From Polyangiales bacterium (GTDB taxonomy: Bacteria; Myxococcota_A; Polyangia; Polyangiales; Houyiibacteriaceae), in the NCBI GenBank assembly GCA_045106895.1, contig JBGCFM010000271.1, positions 1 to 27,020 of the forward strand: DNA of 27,020 nucleotides, given 5' to 3'. Positions 24,346 to 27,020 of the stretch are shown here, piece by piece (positions within the stretch are counted from its first letter, which is position 1; each line of letters begins with the position of its first letter). The translations under genes and the position numbers were made by a program. The notes under the pieces are model-generated. The model was given only the letters and a program-made list of their open reading frames with translations, was not told the origin of the DNA and did no database searches.

Positions 24346-27020
24346 CTACTCGATGCTGACGCCGATCTTCTCGCGAAGCTGCATGTACGCAGGCGACGCT
24401 GAGTAGAGGTAGAGCTCCTTGAGGCGTTCCTTGTGCGGCATCGCGTCTTCGGGGCTGGCCTTGATGACCGCCGAAGCGAGGCCAAGGTCGTTCGCCATCA
24501 CGAAGCCGACGCGGTCCGCCGTGAGGTCTACCGCGGCGATCCACTTCTTCATGTCGAGTTCCGGCGCGGCCGCGAGGAGCTTCGAGACGAGGCTGCGGAG
24601 CTTGTCTTGTGCTGCGCGATCCAGGTGCTTGAGGAGCGCTTCGGAGCAGGTGTCGACGCGGGCGCTGATCTTCGCCGGAACCGGGAAGCCCGGCGTAGCG
24701 AACTTGATGGCCGCGAGGAGCCATGCGCGGAGCCCGCTCCCGGAACCGACCAGCTGTCGAAGCAGAAGACCTGAGCGGAAGTACGCGAGGTGACGACTCG
24801 CCACGAAGGCGAGCGCCTGTGGAGGCCCGCCGGCGAGCGCGCCCTTGCCCACGCCGACGCCCGGCGTGGAGGTAAAGAGCATCGAGAGACCGCCTGGGTC
24901 GTTGTCTCGGTAGTAGATCGCCGGAAGCTCGATCTGCATGACGCCGCTCGCGTAGGCGAGCGTCTTGACCATGGCGGACTCATCGCTCGCTGCGTCCCGT
25001 GGGGATGCGCCGCTTAGCTCGTAGGCGGCGAGGTCGCGCCCATGAGATGCGAGGGCCGCTGGCGTGAGCACCGCGAAAATGTTCGTAAGAAGCGGGTCCT
25101 GATCGTGATGGATCAGGTGGTTGAACCAGATGTCCTCGCCGAAGAACTCCTGCGCCGCTGCGGGGTGACGTGAGCGATGCTCCTTGAAGACGGCTTCCTC
25201 GTCGGGGCCGGCCATTCCGAGCACCTTGAGTGTCTGGCAGACGCACCACTCTTCGTCGTCGAGCTTGCGCCCAGCGTAGAGCTGGCGAAGCGCCTGGTAC
25301 GACTCCACGCGATACGGGCTCATGCGAAGAATCTCGCCGTGAGCGTCGATGGCTTTGCGGAAGAAACGCTTGGGCTCGGACGCGTAGATCGCGACGAGCT
25401 TCTCGAGGCGGCCGCGGTCTTCGACGTCGAGCTCCTGCGCGGTCTCGTACGCTTCGGCGGCCTTCGCGAGATCCGTGAGGTTCTCCTGGTAGAGCTGACC
25501 GAGGGCGTCGTACATGCCCGCGCGCACCTCCGGCGGAGAGTCCGCCTTGCGTCGAATCTGCGCGTTGTAGGCCGTGGCCAGTTCGCTCCAGTTGCCTTCT
25601 TCCTTGAGGCAGACCACGAGGCCATCGAAGGCCTTGTCGAGACGCGAGTCGTGGTCGAGGGCCTGGGCGTAGTAGTCGGCGGCTTCGCCACTTCGCTTGA
25701 GCTCGCGGTGCGCGATGGACGCGGCCGTGAGGTAGTACTTCGCGAGCTGCCGGGGCTCGTTCACCAAGTCAGCGATGCGCAGGATGACCTCGACGAGGCG
25801 CGACCAGTCCTTGCTCTCGGAGTAGACGCCCATCAGCTTGGTGAGCAGGTTTCGATCGTCGGGGACGATCTCGAGAGCCTCGACGTAGGTCTTCGCGGCC
25901 TTCTGCCGGTCGTTCATTGGACCGGCCTGAACGTCGGCGATCTCGACGAGGAGCGCGAAGCGACGCGCGTCGGCCAGACCGTCCATGCGGTGGCGCGACA
26001 TCGTGATGAATTTCTCGTGCTTTCCGGAGTCCCGGTAAACACTTCCAAGTGCGTCGAGCACCGAGTCGTCCTCGGGGAGGAGCTCGCTGGCTTCCTTCAG
26101 AAGCTTCTCAGCTTCCTTGTGTTCGCCGGAGCGACGGAGTGCGTCACCGCGACGGTGAAGCATGCGGCCGCGTTCGGCGCCGGTGATGTCCGCGCCATGC
26201 TCCTTGAGCAGCTGGCCATAGAACTCAGCGGCCTCGTCGGCTTCGCCGGCTTCAAAGGTAACCTCCGCCACCTTCTCCAGCACTGAGCGATCCTTCGGTG
26301 CGAAGGAGCGGGCGTTCAGATAGGCGCGCTGCGCTTTGTCCCATGAACCGGCGTCGCGGAACGCGTCACCCGTTCGCACACAAATCTCCGCGGCGACTTC
26401 CTTGTCGAGGTCACCGGTGCGAGAAAGGAGCGGCTCGTAGTACTCGGCGGCAGCGGCGGCGTCACCCTTGGCGAAGGCCATGTCGCCGAGGCCGCGGGCG
26501 GCTTCGAAGGAGCTCGGGTCGAGGGCGAGAGCCGCATCGAAGGCTTCGCGAGCACGTCGCGGGTCTTCGAGGCGTGTCGCGTAGAGCGTGCCAAGTTCCG
26601 CGTGAAGCTTCGCTTTCCGAAGGTCCCCGTCGGTGCGCTCGAGCTCGCGCAGGAGAAGCTCGGCTGCGCCGTTCGCGTCGCCACGTGACTCGTACAAACG
26701 CCGAAGAGCGGAAGTCGCCGGAGCGTTGCCTGGTTCAGCTTCGAGAGCTCGCTTGAAGCGCTCGATGGCTCGGTCCTTGTCGCCGGCCTCCTCGAGGAGC
26801 TTGCCGGCTTCGACGTAGTGGCCTGCGCGAGTGGCGCTATCTGAAGCGCTCTCGGCGAGCTGGTCGACGGCGGCGACGGCGGCGGTGGCGTCGCCGGACT
26901 CAGCCTTGAGACGTGCGCCGAGGCCCAGTGCCTCGACGTTCTTCGGGTCCAGGGCCAAGACGCTGTCACAGAGCTCGATGGCTCGCTCCGGCGCTCCGAG
27001 GTCCGTCATGAACGCGCGGG
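24346..27020 (-). CDS. Large tetratricopeptide-repeat protein (myxobacterial AgmK-like); 5' end outside the window
   Basis: Many TPR units (AIERFKRALEAEPGNAPA, AREAFDAALALDPSSFEA, AAKTYVEALEIVPDDRNL) and a C-terminal WIAAVDLTADRVGFVMANDL domain. The frame stays open upstream of ATG 27009 to the window edge. Confidence 0.88.
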   Translation of the reverse strand, partial: RAFMTDLGAPERAIELCDSVLALDPKNVEALGLGARLKAESGDATAAVAAVDQLAESASDSATRAGHYVEAGKLLEEAGDKDRAIERFKRALEAEPGNAPATSALRRLYESRGDANGAAELLLRELERTDGDLRKAKLHAELGTLYATRLEDPRRAREAFDAALALDPSSFEAARGLGDMAFAKGDAAAAAEYYEPLLSRTGDLDKEVAAEICVRTGDAFRDAGSWDKAQRAYLNARSFAPKDRSVLEKVAEVTFEAGEADEAAEFYGQLLKEHGADITGAERGRMLHRRGDALRRSGEHKEAEKLLKEASELLPEDDSVLDALGSVYRDSGKHEKFITMSRHRMDGLADARRFALLVEIADVQAGPMNDRQKAAKTYVEALEIVPDDRNLLTKLMGVYSESKDWSRLVEVILRIADLVNEPRQLAKYYLTAASIAHRELKRSGEAADYYAQALDHDSRLDKAFDGLVVCLKEEGNWSELATAYNAQIRRKADSPPEVRAGMYDALGQLYQENLTDLAKAAEAYETAQELDVEDRGRLEKLVAIYASEPKRFFRKAIDAHGEILRMSPYRVESYQALRQLYAGRKLDDEEWCVCQTLKVLGMAGPDEEAVFKEHRSRHPAAAQEFFGEDIWFNHLIHHDQDPLLTNIFAVLTPAALASHGRDLAAYELSGASPRDAASDESAMVKTLAYASGVMQIELPAIYYRDNDPGGLSMLFTSTPGVGVGKGALAGGPPQALAFVASRHLAYFRSGLLLRQLVGSGSGLRAWLLAAIKFATPGFPVPAKISARVDTCSEALLKHLDRAAQDKLRSLVSKLLAAAPELDMKKWIAAVDLTADRVGFVMANDLGLASAVIKASPEDAMPHKERLKELYLYSASPAYMQLREKIGVSIE

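Noticed and set aside
1..27020. CRISPR arrays, tRNA/rRNA genes, IS elements or integrases
   Set aside because: None seen. All long repeats are intragenic protein repeats, and intergenic gaps are short.

Overview
GC-rich bacterial window whose gene content suggests Myxococcota, probably Polyangia/Sandaracinaceae-like (inference from the Ser/Thr kinase, sigma54 regulator, 'ACGDDD...DAG/DGG' lipoproteins and giant TPR protein). It is densely coding, and I saw no RNA genes, CRISPR arrays or mobile elements. In order: a small secreted-looking protein truncated at the left edge and missed by the ORF track (twin-arginine signal plus D-x-D...DP repeats), divergent from a JmjC/ROX-type 2OG-Fe(II) oxygenase; a membrane Ser/Thr kinase; a sigma54 REC-AAA-HTH regulator; patatin, a PomA/PomB-like stator pair and a degenerate GGDEF protein; ettA; a tandem-FKBP lipoprotein; an acidic repeat lipoprotein; sodC; fxsA; an ABC1/UbiB kinase; phoH; a penicillin-acylase-family lipoprotein; a lipoprotein gene split by one in-frame TAG; a membrane protein with two 6-Cys repeats; and a TPR protein truncated at the right edge. 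Best leads: (1) the repeat peptide plus JmjC hydroxylase as a possible peptide-modification system, (2) the isolated, apparently Na+-type stator with a degenerate GGDEF partner, (3) the amber-interrupted lipoprotein, (4) a recurrent leaderless-type promoter layout.
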